The notes under the pieces are model-generated. The model did no database searches and had not been told where the DNA came from. It saw nothing but the letters and a program-made list of their open reading frames with translations. Below are positions 40,397-53,399 of a DNA stretch of 64,000 nt, in pieces. The position numbers were made by a program, and so were the translations under genes. The stretch comes from Raja brachyura (lineage: Eukaryota). The stretch covers positions 21,142,001-21,206,000 of the forward strand of contig OY740798.1 of NCBI GenBank assembly GCA_963514005.1. Direction: 5' to 3'. The number at the start of each line of letters is the position of its first letter. Within the stretch, counting starts at the first letter, position 1.

Positions 40397-41062
40397 ATGA
40401 CAGCAAATGGTATGTTAGCATTCATAGCGAAAGGATTTGAGTATAGGAGCAGGGAGGTTCTACTGCAGTTGTACAGGGTTTTGGTGAGGCCACACCTGGA
40501 GTACTGCGTACAGTTTTGGTCTCCAAATCTGAGGAAAGACATCCTTGCCATAGAGGGGGTACAGAGAAGATTCACCAGACTGATTCCTGGGATGTCAGGA
40601 CTTTCATATGAGGAAAGATTGGATAGACTCGGTTTGTACTCGATGGAATTTAGAAGATTGAGGGGGGATCTTATAGAAACCTACAAAATTCTTAAGGGGT
40701 TGGACAAGCTAGATGCTGGAAGATTGTTCCCAATGTTGGGGGAGTCCAGAACAAGGGGTCACAGTCTAAGGATAAGGGGGAATTCCTTTAGGACCGAAAT
40801 GAGGAAAACATTCTTTACACAGAGAGTGGTGAGTCTCTGGAATTCTCTGCCACAGAAGGTAGTTGAGGCCAGTTCATTGGCTATATTTAAGAGGGCGTTA
40901 GATGTGGCACTTGTGGCTAAAGGGATCAGGGGGTATGGAGAGAAGGCAGGTACGGGATACTGAGTTGGATGATCAGCCATGATCACATTGAATGGCGGTG
41001 CAGGCTCGAAGGGCCGAATGGCCTACTCCTGCACCTATTTTCTATGTTTCTATGTTTCTATG
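40397..41062 (+). mobile_element. CR1 LINE 3' fragment with (TTTCTATG)n tail, inserted in a Penelope remnant
   Basis: ORF 40397-40963 matches the CR1 C-terminus. Confidence 0.9.
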
Positions 41063-41146
41063 TTCTTCCAGTTTAAATGTGGCCTCACTTTGAAAGTGGC
41101 GGAAGGTTGGTATGGGAAAGCGTGTAAAAATGGTTAGAAACACAGA

Positions 41147-41617
41147 CATAGAAAATAGGAGCAGGAGTAGGCCATTCGGCCCTTCGATCCTGCACCGCCA
41201 TTCAATATGATCATGGCTGATCATCCAACTCAGTATCCCTTACCTGCCTTCTCTCCATACCCCCTGATCCCTTTAGCCACGTCTAACTCCCTTTTAAATA
41301 TAGCCAATGAACTGGCCTCAACTACCTTCTGTGGCAGAGAATTCCAGAGACTCACCACTCTCTGTGTGAAAAGTGTTTTTCTCATCTCGGTCCTAAAAGA
41401 TTTCCCCCTTATCCTTAAACTGTGACCGCTTGTTCTGGTCTTCCCCAACATCGGGAACAATCTTCCTGCATCTAGCCTGTCCAACCCCTTAAGAATTTTG
41501 TAAGTTTCTATAAGATCCCCCCTCAATCTTCTAAATTATAGAAAGTACAAGCCGAGTCTATCCAGTCTTTCTTCATATGAAAGTCCTGACATCCCAGGAA
41601 TCACTCTGGTGAACCTG
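41147..41617 (-). mobile_element. CR1 LINE 3' fragment, inverted relative to 40397-41062
   Basis: ORF 41230-41526 is nearly identical in protein to the plus-strand copy. Confidence 0.9.
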
Positions 41618-41619
41618 TA

Positions 41620-43235
41620 GGTTAGCTGCTCCAGCTCCACCAAACGCATCTCTAAATAATTTGATGCTATTTCATCCTCCCCTTGTCCTGTCACTTCCCA
41701 CCTACACCCGAGACTCCTCATATGCTCTGCATCACTTCAATTCCTTGGCCGCCATTGCTCATTTTTACCGTGGATATCCAGTCCCTTTAGACCTCCATTT
41801 TCCATTATGAAGACCTCTGGGCCCTCCTGTTCTACCTAGAACAGAGATCCAACAGTTCTACTCAACTAATGGAACTTACCCTCGCACTTAACAATTTTTT
41901 CTCTTTTGATACCTCTCACATTTTTCAAATCAAACGTGCAGCAATGGGTACTTGCATGCTACGCCTGAATTTCCTTGTTTATGTTGAACACTCCTAGTTC
42001 CAAATGTACCCCGGCACCTTTCTCTGCTACATCAACAATTGTATTGTGGTGGTCTCCTGCACCTGTTTTACTCCTAGTCAGTACACTTAATTTCTCTGAC
42101 ACTTCGCCCTCCTTTCTCGACCTCAGTAACCATCACAGGGGACAGACCAACTACAGATGTTTGTGGATGGAGCCCGCACCTGTGCCTCCTATGTTTTGCG
42201 CAGTTCTGTTCTTGCTCCCCCTCCCCTAGACAGAACAAGGATAAAGTTACCCTGGCCTGTATGAGAGCCTTCACATCCAACACATCATTCTCTGACATTT
42301 CGCCATCTTCAATGTGATCCCATCACCAGTCACATCCTCCTGGCCCCAACCCTTTTGAACTTTCTCTAGGGACCACTCTCTCCAAAACTCCTTGGTTTGC
42401 TCATCCCTTTCCACCCAAACCACCGCTGACCACGTTCCCTTGCAACCGTAGGTTGGTATTATACCTGTCCTTCCATGTGAGACAGGGGTTCATTTGCACT
42501 TATTCCACTCGCCTTATGTATTCAGTGCTCCCGGCATCCTCCTCTGCATTGGTGAGAACAAGTGTAGATTAGGCGACCATTTCAAAGGACACTTGCATCT
42601 GTCTGCTGGAGAAGCTGTTGCTGTCTGTTGTTGGGAGCTCCCGTTTGCTAACCATTTTAACTCCCCTTTATATTCCAATCTTTCTGCCCCTTCCACTGAC
42701 AAGAGTGAGACCACACACAAACTGAAAGAACACCTCATGTTCCATTTGGGTAGCCTGAAACCCAACCAAACAAACATGGAATTCTACAACGCCATGTGAT
42801 AAGGCCCAACATCCTCCCTTCCCCATTCCTTCACGCATACATTTCTGCCATATGCTGGTTACCTAGCTCCTTTCCCCTCCTCCATAGGCTCCTCCCCACC
42901 CTCCCATCCCCGATTTCACTTTTACCCATCTCTATCTCTCCATCCTGATATCCTTCCCAACTTTACATTTCACTCCTCCCCTTATCTGACACCACTTTGT
43001 CTCCTTTTCACCTCCAGCCTTTGTCACTATCGCCCACCCATTTGTCAATCCTATCACCTCACCTGTGCCCACCAATCACTTGCCAGTCTTTCACATCTCT
43101 TTTCCAGTTTCCGTCCCGTCAACAGTCTGAAGAGAAGTCTGACCTGAAATGTTGTCTGTTCATACACTCCATAGATACTGCATGCCCTGTCGAGTTCCTC
43201 CTGTTATTTGCTCAAGATTCCAGCAACTGCAGTTG
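41620..43235 (+). mobile_element. Degraded Penelope-like element (RT and GIY-YIG remnants)
   Basis: RT motif FQIKRAAMGTCM at about 41925 and CIGENKCRLGDHF...HLMFHLGSLKP. Confidence 0.7.
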
Positions 43236-43862
43236 CTTACGTCTTTGGTTTCTGATATGGTTTTTTTCTCTCAGTATTGTACTGATCATATCCTCAAGTA
43301 GTGAAACAGGGCATGAATCCACATTTTTATTTTACTGAGACATTTTATGCTGAACAGTTTCCCTCCTCACAAAGCATGAAAATCACTCAAAGGCTGAACA
43401 TGGAGGCACAGAAGTGATAACACAGCATTTTAATATTCAAAATATTTTGTTTACCATAACATTAGCTGAGAAATGCTTGCCAGTTTATTATTCTAAAACC
43501 ATATTTTATCGTTGTACTTCTAATTAGAAAGCATAAATAACATCTTAAAGAAAAACAAATTACCCAGCGCAGGAGGTATAGATCTCAATTTGAATAAATG
43601 ACCTGAAAAGGACACCAAAGCCACCAGGCGCATGTTAGCTACCACGATGCAGTCGACTTCCATTTCATTTCCATATCAGTTACTCCACACGCCACCCCTC
43701 CCCCACTCGCCGTAACCACCTCAGACTGCAAAGGAGGTTCTCTTCTAGAGTAGACACATCCACTCCAGGGTTGATAGCAAGGCCTTCCGCATGTCTATGT
43801 TTAGCAAATGGCAGCTGGCAGGTAGCCATCCCCCACACCCTCGCTCCCCAAGTCTCTCTTAC

Positions 43863-44054
43863 CTTCTTCTTCTCCATGTTGCGCACTTTCTTGTCGATGA
43901 CATTGAGAACCTGCCTGAGCGCCTCATTCTGCGGGTGTGCCGCCTGCCCCTGTCCGACCTGGAGACTCACAGCTGCGGCGGCGGCGGCGGCCTCGGCCCC
44001 GGCGGCGGAAGAGGATCGGGATTCGGCCGCTTTTGTGGCGGTGGCTGCTGGCAT
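43863..44054 (-). CDS. CAPRIN1: Caprin-1 first coding exon, distal duplicate copy (64 codons)
   Basis: Near-identical peptide to 15344-15538, with intact ATG and GTAAGA phase-0 donor. Whether it is used is unverified. Confidence 0.8.
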
Positions 44055-44490
44055 TTTCGCTCCTTCTCTTTACGAGTTGGGATTGATTTTTTTTTTTGTT
44101 TGAAAAATGGTGTGAAACAATAAGGGAAAGGAAACGGGCTCGGGGAGGGGCACAAAAAAGTCCCTACTTTTGTTGAAAGGAACAAAATGGGAAGAGAGGC
44201 GAGCGGAGCTCTCTCGGCGCGACAGCACCCGAGTCTGAAGAACGGGGGCGCGCATTCGCAGCCCCGACCCAGGACCAGCGGGCCCGCCCGCCTGCCTGCG
44301 CCGCGCCTCCATCCCGCAAAGCAGCTCCCGAGCCACCGACAACTGCCAATCTCAAAAATACTGTTTATTTATTTCTTCACTAGAAATACCGTCTTTCATT
44401 TTTAAAAACATAAAAAAAATTCGGATTAGGAAAGATCTGCGCGGCACGTCGGAGGACAGCAAAGGCAAGTGGCGCGTGCGCTCTGCAGTG
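44055..44490 (-). promoter_or_regulatory. CpG-rich 5'UTR/promoter region of distal CAPRIN1 exon
   Basis: CpG rich. Shares blocks with the proximal copy (GGAGCTCTCT..GCGACAGCACCCGAG, CCCAGGACC, GCGCCTCCAT). NRF1-like GCGCGTGCGC at about 44472. Confidence 0.55.
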
Positions 44491-45464
44491 GAGGAGGACG
44501 ATGATGAAGATGAAGGGAAGATGCTGGATCTGTGAGAGCAGTGTTGGGGCAACCAAGCGGCCCAGGCAGCATTTGTGGAGGGGAGGGACTGGTGAAGGAT
44601 TTTTTTTTTCAAACGGTTACGTGGAAAATGCAGCAGAACGGGGTTGAGAAGTAAAGATAGATCAGCCATGATTGAATGGAGGAGTAGAACTCGATGGGCC
44701 GAATGGCCTAATTCCGCTCCTGCGACTTGTGAAGGGTTGTTGAGAGACTGAAGAGGGGTCGCGACCCGAAACGCCGTCTGCGCATCCCCCTCCTTCCACG
44801 GATGCCGCCTGGCCCGCGGAGTTCCTCAGGGCATCTTGGTGCAAGATTGTGAAAGGTCTGGTCCAGAAGGCAACATCATGTTATTTTATTTTGGTTTTGA
44901 CTTGCGTGAAAGAAAATAACGTTTTATTTTTTGTAGGAACTGCAGACGCTGGTTTACCGAGAAGAGTCTCAACCCGACATGTCACCTATTCCTTTTCTCC
45001 AGAGACGCTGGTGGATTTTTTTTTAAACAGATGCTGGAAATGTGCAATAAAAAGTGAAAATGCAGGAAATATTCAGTAGGTCCAAAAGCCTCTGTGAAGA
45101 AGATTAGAGCGGTTGGGACCCTTTTCCAGCCTCAAGAGGCGGACCTGAACGGTTTGACCTGAAGGGTTTAATTATCTTGCTCTGTTGCTTTGCCTGTCGA
45201 ATATTTCCAACAATTTCTATTTTTAGCAAGTGCTGGAGTAATCATTGAGTCAGGCAGCATCTGTGGAGGGAATGGACAGACAACATTTTAGGTTGCGTTC
45301 CTTCAGACTGTAGTAGGGAGTAGAATGCTGGAAAAGAGATGGGGTGGGACAAAGCCTGGAAGGTGTTTGGTGGATACAGCTGAAAGGGGTTTTCAGATGA
45401 GTGGAGTAGGTGACAGTGGTTAGAGATGAAAAAGCGACCAATAAGATATAAGGTGAGTATAAGT

Positions 45465-46027
45465 AAAGTATAAAGGGCGACCACATCTGGAGTATTGTGT
45501 AGAGTTTTGGTCTCCTAATTTGAGGAAGGACATCCTTGTGATTGAAGCAGTGCAGCGTAGGTTCACGAGATTGATTCCTGGGTAGGCGGGACTATCATAT
45601 GAGGAAAGATTGAAAAGACTGTGCTTGTATTCACTGGAATTTAGAAGGATGAGGGGATATCTTATAGAAACATATCAAATTATAAAAGTACTGGACAAGC
45701 TAGCTTCAGGAAAAATTTTCCCAATGTTGGGCGTGTCCAGAACCAGGGGCCACAGTCTTAGAATAAAAACTGAGGTGAGAAAAAACGTTTTCACCCAGAG
45801 AGTTGTGAATTTATGGAATTCCCTGCCACAGGGGGCAGTGGAGGCCAAGTCACTGGATGGATTTAAGAGGGAGTTAGATCGAGCTCTGGGGGCTAGTGGA
45901 GTCGAGGGATATGGGGAGAAGGCAGGTGGGTTATTGATAGGGGACGATCAGCCATGATCACAATGAATGGCGATGTTGGCTCGAAGGACCAAATGGCCTC
46001 CTCCTGCACCTCTTTTCTATGTTTCTA
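45465..46027 (+). mobile_element. CR1 LINE 3' fragment
   Basis: ORF 45610-45957 matches the CR1 C-terminus. Confidence 0.85.
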
Positions 46028-47159
46028 AGATAAGGTGAAAAGTGGAGTGAAATGTAAAGCCTCGGAGTGATATAGATAGAATTAAATGTGGGGGAGGGAT
46101 GAAAGAAGTGCAGGAGAGTAGGAAAGAGGAGGAGGGGTGTTTGAAGAGGTGTGGATGACTCTCTCACCTGGAGGAGTTGTAGGGATAGGTGTTGCATCTC
46201 TTGAGGAGAAAGTACCAGGGAGGGGGCAGTTTGAGTGTGAAGAGATGTGAACCAAGGATTTGGGGAGGGAGTGTCTGCATCAAGGGTGAGGCTGCAAATC
46301 TGTCACTGGTGGAATTACGCTAAAGATGTGGATGCTAGTGGGGTGAAAGGTGAGGTCCAAGGCAACTCTATCCTTGTTCAATCTGGAGGGAGGTGCAGGG
46401 AAAGCAGAACTGCAGAAAGTATATGGTCCAATGGTATATTCATTGAATTCTCGAATTTTAAGTAATTCAAACTTTCCTGTGCCTCCCAACTCTGGTACAC
46501 ACCCATATCGTCCACCAATTTCCACCACCCTCAGTCATCCTGCTGCTTTTTCCTCCTTCGCACGCTCAACTCCTATCCCCGAAACCATAATTTCCCTTTC
46601 AGCCACCCCCTCCCATGTTTCCACCTATATCCTTCCCTCAAGTTTTACATTTTCACTCGTTCTCTTCCCTCTTTATCTGACACCCTTTTGTTTCCTTCTC
46701 ACCTCTCGTGTTTGTCAACCGTCTGTCAATCAAACCCCCCTCACCAGTATCCATTTATCACTTGCCAGGTTTTATCCTGCCCCAAAGATGCACAAAATGC
46801 TGGAGTAACTCAGTAGGACAGTTAGCATCTCTGGAATGAAAGGAATCCAGAGATGCTGCTTGTCCCGCTGAGTTACTCCAGCATTTTCTGTCTATCTTTG
46901 ATTTAAACCAGCATCTGCGGTTCCTTCATACATATTATATCCTGCCCAATCTCTCTTTTCCCTCCTACTACAATTAGTCTGAAGGGTGCTGACATCACCT
47001 GTTCATTCCCTGCTGCCTGATCTGCTGAGTTACTCCAGCACCATGTGTTTTGCTCTAGATCCCAACATCTGCAGTTCCTTGTATCTCCACTTTTTCTTTC
47101 TTAAACTTTAGATTATTATGTAATAGTGTTATATTGATTGATAAAATACATCTTTTGAT

Positions 47160-48270
47160 GTTCCTGAACACATCATCAGTGATATAACCTGGGGTCATTG
47201 GGTGTTTCGGGTCTTTCAACATCAGACAGCCTCACCCAAGCGACCCAGCCGTGGTTGATCTGACCATGACTTGTGCTCAGGTGGCATTCACTCCTCCCCA
47301 TGGACCTCCTCTCCTGATCCAGAGCTATCTCGAGGCTTTCTCCGGTGTCTCTGTGGTGTTCTTGATGACTCTTCTCCTCTCCATTCTGTTGATGCCCAGT
47401 GCACTCAAGGCTTTGTAGAGCGATTGCCCTGCAAAACCTCTGCAGCCAACTTCGATGGGCATACACCTTGCCTTCCAGCCCTGCTTACGGCAGTCTATGA
47501 ACAGCTCTTCGTACTTGGTCATCTTCCTCTCGTGCGCCTCCTCCAGACGGTCATCCCACGGCACTGTCAGTTCCAACAAACTATGTTTTTGGTCGCTTCT
47601 TAAACGAGGAGGATGTCTGGCCTCAAGGTAGTTGTGGCAATGTGCGTGGGAACTTCAGCTGTTTCAGCAAGTCTACAGAAAGCTGCCAGTCCTGCGCAGT
47701 TGCCAGGATTCCTGACAGATCCTGGTTGTTGTGGTCTTGGCAGTGGCACTGTGCCCTTCACGAAGGTGATCATCTAGGTGGTGGGGCGTGCTCTTCTGCA
47801 GCTGCTGATTCCCATGCTGATGGCCCCTGCAATGGGTTTAAGAACCTGATTGTGACGCCAGGTGTACCGGCCCTGCCCAAGAGCTTTTGGGCAGCAGCTC
47901 AGGATGTGTTCCAATGTCCCCATACCTGTGCATTGCTGGCAATCAGGAGATTCTGCTTTGCCCCAGATGAAGAGGTTCAGTGGGCTGAGCAGGACATCGT
48001 ACACTGCCTGGACCAGGAACTTGATACGCTGTGGTTCAGCTTTCCAGAGCTCAGTCTATGTGACCTTTCGGTCCATGGCCTGCTCCCACCTTGTCCAGGC
48101 CCCCTGCTGCCTCAAGCCAACTGCTCTGGTAGACCTCTCCTCCTCCACCGCTGCCCTCACTTCTTCCTGGACCAGCCTATGCCTCTCCTTCCCCTTGGCC
48201 TTGTCAAACTGGGGAGTTGGGAAGACTCCCAGACCAGCTCCTCCCAGAATCACTGCTCTTTGAGCCAGTA
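47160..48270 (-). mobile_element. Hero-clade (restriction-like endonuclease) non-LTR retrotransposon 3' fragment
   Basis: Zinc knuckle CQQC...LEHILSCC, RYTWRHNQVL, RPDI and LELTVPW...KYEEL...PIEVGCRGF. Confidence 0.75.
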
Positions 48271-49930
48271 CCGCCATTCACTGTCATCATGGCTGATCAT
48301 CCACATTCATTACCTTGTTCCTGCTTTCCCACCATATCTCCTGACTCCGCTATCTTTAAGAGCTCTGTCTTACTCTCTTTTGAAAGCATCCAGAGAATTG
48401 GCCTCAGCTGCCTTCTGAGGCAGAGAATTCTACAGATTCACAACTCTGGGTGAAAAAGTTTTTCCTCATCTCTGTTCTAAATGTTCTACCGCTGGATTTA
48501 AAACACCGCGGCGCCTGGGATCCGAGATCGCCGGAGTCGGAGCTCCAACCAGCACGTCCTGAGGACTTCGGGTGCCGTGGTCTCCGGGGAAGGATCGGCC
48601 GCTCCAGACATTTCAATGCCGCTGAGGAATTTTCACCCAACTCCAGTGTTCTATCTTCTCGGCAGGTGGCCCTATAACAACGGGCCGCCGTTGCGGCGAC
48701 TGGCTGCGGAGGCCTCAAATAGGCCTCAACCTCAGGTGGTCTAGGAGGAGGAAGAGGAGGACCGGACTTTTTGGTGCCTTCCCTCACAGTGGAAAGTGTT
48801 GATTCTGCTGTGGGGGGATGTTCATGTTGAATCCGATGGTGCATTGTGTCTTTTTTCTTATTTTTTATTTTATATGGATGTATGGTAATCTAATATTTTT
48901 CTCTGTAAAGCAATTTGGCTTCAACATGATTTGATTTAAAAGTGCTATATAAATAAAAATTATTTACTTACTATTCTTAAACTGTGGTCCCTAGTTCTGG
49001 ACTCCAATATCAGAAACATGTTTCCTGCCTCTAGCGTGTCCAATCCCTCAATAATCTTATATGTTTCAATAAAATCCCCTCTCATCCTTCTAAATTCCAG
49101 AGTGTACGAGCCCAGCCGCTCCATTCTATCACATATGATAGTCCCGCCATCCCGGGAATTAACCAGGTGAACCTATGCTGCAGTCCCTCAATAGTAAGAA
49201 TGTCCTTCCTCAAATTTGGAGATCAAAACTGCACACAATACTCCAGGTGTGGTCTCACTAGGGCCATGTACAACTGCAGAAGGACCTCTTTGCTCCTATA
49301 CTCAATTCCTCTTGTTATGGAGGCCAACATGCCATTAGCTTTCTTCACTGCCTGCAGTACCTGCATGCTTATTTTCAGTGACTGATGAACAAGGATCACC
49401 AACTTGACACCATTCAGATAATAATCTGCCTTCCTGTTTTTGCCACCAAAGTGGATGACCTCACATGTATCCACATTAAACTGCATCTTCCCACTCACCC
49501 AACCGTTCAAAGTCACCCTGCATCCTCATAGCATCCTCCTCACAGTTCACACTGCCACCCAGCTTTGTGTCATCTGCAAATGTGATAATGTTACTTTGAA
49601 TCTCTTCATCTAAAACTTGATGTATATTGTAAATAGCTGCGGTCATAGCACCGAGCCTTGCAATACCCCACTAGTCACTGACTGCCATTCTGAAAGGGAC
49701 TCGTTAATCCTTACTCTTTGCTCCTGTCTGCCAATCAATTTTCGATCCATGTCAGTACGCTACCCCCAATACCATGTGCTCTAATTTTGCCCACTAATCT
49801 CCTATGTGGAACCTTATCAAATGCTTCCTGAAAGTCCAGGTACACTACATATACTGGCTCTCCCTTGTCCATATTCCTAGTTACATCCTCAAAAAATTCC
49901 AGAAGATTAGTCAAGCCTGATTTCATGCCG
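48270..49930 (-). mobile_element. CR1 LINE fragment interrupted by an unclassified insertion at about 48490-48972
   Basis: Motifs LTNLLEFFEDVT...LDFQEAFDKVPH and [12 protein letters not shown]. Confidence 0.8.
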
Positions 49931-52900
49931 ACTCGGACCGATCCTGTTACTGCCAGGTTATATCCTGCCCCAAAGATGCACAAAGTGCTGGAGTAACTCA
50001 GCAGGACTGGCAACATCTCTAGAAAGAAAGGAATCCAGAGATCCTGCCTGTCCACTATTTTGTGTCTATCTTTTGGTTTCAACCAGCATCTGCAGTTCCT
50101 TCATACACATTATATCCTGCCCAATCTCTCATTTCCCTCCTTTTACTACAATTAGTCTGAAAGGTGCTGACCCAAAATATCACCTGTTCATTCCCTGCTG
50201 CTTGATCTGCTGAGTTACAACATCATGTGTTATGCTCAAGATTCCAGCATCTGCAGTTCCTTTTATCTCCACTTTTTTTCCCTTAAAGTTTAGATTATTA
50301 TGTAATAGTGTCATAGAATCATGCAGCATGGAAACAGACCCTTTGGCCCAACTTGCCCAGGCTGACCAAGATGCCCCATCTACACTAGCCTTACCAGCCG
50401 TGTTTGGCCATATCCCTCTAAACCTTTTCTATACATGTACCTGTCCAACTGTCTTTTAAATGTTGTATAGTACCTGCCTCAACTATCTCTTCTGGCAGCT
50501 CCATCCATACATCCACCACCCTCTGTGTGGGAAAAAAGTCACCCCTCATCTTCCTATTAAATCTATCCCTGCTCACCTTAAACCAATGTGTTCTGGTTCT
50601 TGATTCCCCTGTTCTGTGTAAAAGTCTCTATGCATTCACCCTATTTATTCCTGCCGTGATGTTATACAGCTCTATAAAATCACCCCACAGCCTTTTCGTG
50701 TCCAAAGGATTAAAGTCCTAGTCTGCCCAACTTGTATAGCTCCCTGTAGCTCAGGCCCTGGATTTATTGGAAAAAATGCCTTAACATTTTCCACATCACA
50801 GAATGAAGGGTAATTCTGTACCAAATAATTCTCTAACTATTGTAAGTATATTGTATTGTGTAGGTATAGCTGGGAATAGTAGGCTATTCTGCACCACCTC
50901 TCCCCATTATGTGACTACAAACCAAACTTTGGTTGACAATACCGCCCAACAAACCTTCTCCGGTGACTAAGCCTCATCAAGCTTTATAGTTCTATCTTGT
51001 AAGATTGTGCATCTTTACATCAGAAGATGAAGTTCTTCAATCTGAAACGTTAACTTTGTTTCAGTTGCTACAGATACTGCCTGACCTGGATTATCTTTAA
51101 ACCTGTGTTCTTTTGAAACTTGCCAAGTTTACTGGCAAATTTATTATTCAATTCTGTAATATCTAAAAGATGTTGAATTAAGTTTATTTACATATTAATA
51201 AGAATAACTTGCAATAGTACAGAAAATCTGCTGGAATAGCACAGCCAAAGTCCCATAGTGACAGATTAAATATTTTTTTGGATTTCAAGATCAGACAACC
51301 ACTGCAAACTATTCCTTTGGAATTCTGATTTATCATAGAATCCTGCTGATGTAATTTGCTTCTGATTATTACTCATTCGTAAACAAGTATTTTCTAATAT
51401 TAATGGAATATTTTCTCCTCACAGGTCAATCGATGTGAAAACACTGTATTATACAGTGCAGAAAATGTTGTATCAGTGTGTCCATTGGATATGTTAAGAA
51501 ATTTCCCACAAAGCAAAAATCTAGAATGACAAACATCCAAGTAATGAACAAATTACTTAATTAATTAATAAGTTTATTGGCCAAGTTTTCACATACAAGG
51601 AATTTGCCTTGGTGCTCTTCCCGCAAGTGACAACATGACATACAGTGACAGTTAGGAATGATACATAAACATTAAACATTAATAATAAAACATTATTAAT
51701 TAAACATGTGAATTAAATAAAATATCAGCATAGGAGGCCACAGATTTTTGGTTATTGAGTAGAGCGACTACTCGTGGAAAAAAGCTGTTTTTATGTCTGG
51801 CTGTGGCAGCTTTGACAGTCCGGAGTTGCCTTCCAGAGGGAAGTGATTCAAAGTGTTTGTGGCCAGGGAGAGATGATATTCAACATTTTACATTTCTTTT
51901 TATCGTAACATAGTATATTGAAATGTAGTCTGCAATGAAAGTTGCAGATTGACATCTGATAGTTCCCCTTTTAGTTTAGTTCAAAACAGGCCCTTCGGCC
52001 AACAAAGTATATGCTGACCATCGGCCACCTGTTCACACTAGTTCTATGCTATCCCACTTTCTCATCCACGGCCTACAATTTATAGAAGCCTATTAATCTA
52101 CAAACCTGGTATGTGGGAAGAAACAGGAATACCTGGAGAAAATCCACATGGTAACAGCGAGAACATGCAAACGCCACACTGACACGATCCGAGGTCGGGA
52201 TTGAACCGGGTCTCTGGTTCTGCGAGGCAGCAGCTCTACCAGCTGCGCCACGGCGCTGCCCTTTAAAAGCTCAATGGTACAGAATCAAAGAGTTGAGTAA
52301 TTTCAACAAGATTTGCACCCTTTTTTTGCATATGTCTTAGTGACCAGAGTTAGGTCAGTAGTGAATTTATTTGTCATCAGGAACAATGTTGTGCTCCTCT
52401 AAAGAGAAAAGGAGAGAAGTTCGGTGAAGGTGTGTACAATCTCCATTTTGCCTTTTCACAGAGCCAATAGGAATTAGGATATTGTTGACAGAATTATTAA
52501 TTCTAAATTACTCATTACACATGAAAAGCTATCCTAAAAAAGCCAAGTGCTTCCTTTCTAGAAACCCCCAGGTCAATATGCTATTTGGAAATTGCAGGCA
52601 CCAGCTCCACATCTTTCTAATAAGCATACATTTAAGCAGAGATTTCAATAAATGTTCCTTGAGCTATTCACAGTAAGGTAAATACTTTAATGCTAATCTA
52701 CACAAGGAGATTACACTGGGGTGGCTGAATGCAGGGCTGCCAACATTAAGTGAGAGTTGGGAGTGAGAAATTGCGAGAGACCAAGCCCGAGGGTGCGTAG
52801 TGCCCAAGGGAGGGTGTGGGAGGGGGGTGTCACAAAGCTTTTGCATTTTTCAGCTTGAAATTGTGCAATCTGGAGCATACTGTAGCTAGTCTTTTAACTT

Positions 52901-53399
52901 ACACTTGAATGCAATATTTATGCTTTAAATTGGATTAGCTATGAATAAGGTTAGGCAAAATTACATTCCTAATTACATTCCACAGTAGAGCCAGGCTCTG
53001 ATCAACAGGTGCAGCACATGAATGATCTTAGTGTATTCATGTATGGAAATCAGATTGTAATCAAGCACTTGGCCCATGTTGACTAACCTGGGTCTCACTG
53101 CACACCTGGTACTACTCCTGACCCTGACTCCAGCTGCATACCTCTTCTCATCCCTGACCCTGAGTCCAGCCTTGCACCTGGCCCCCTAATCTACCCTGAT
53201 CATAGCTGCTTACCTGCTAGGTTCCCAGTGCTGAACACTCCCATTGCCCCAGCTTTGGCTGCACACCAAGTACTATTCCAGACCTTGACTCTGGATGCAT
53301 ACTTGACCTTGCTCCTAGCCCCTCTGCATTGACAATATATCTGGCCCACACAAAGCCCCATATCTGATCCCCTGGACTTAACCTATTACGTTCAAGTCC

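Noticed and set aside
47642-48418. 258-aa plus-strand ORF
   Set aside because: Antisense to the Hero retrotransposon coding region; a shadow ORF.
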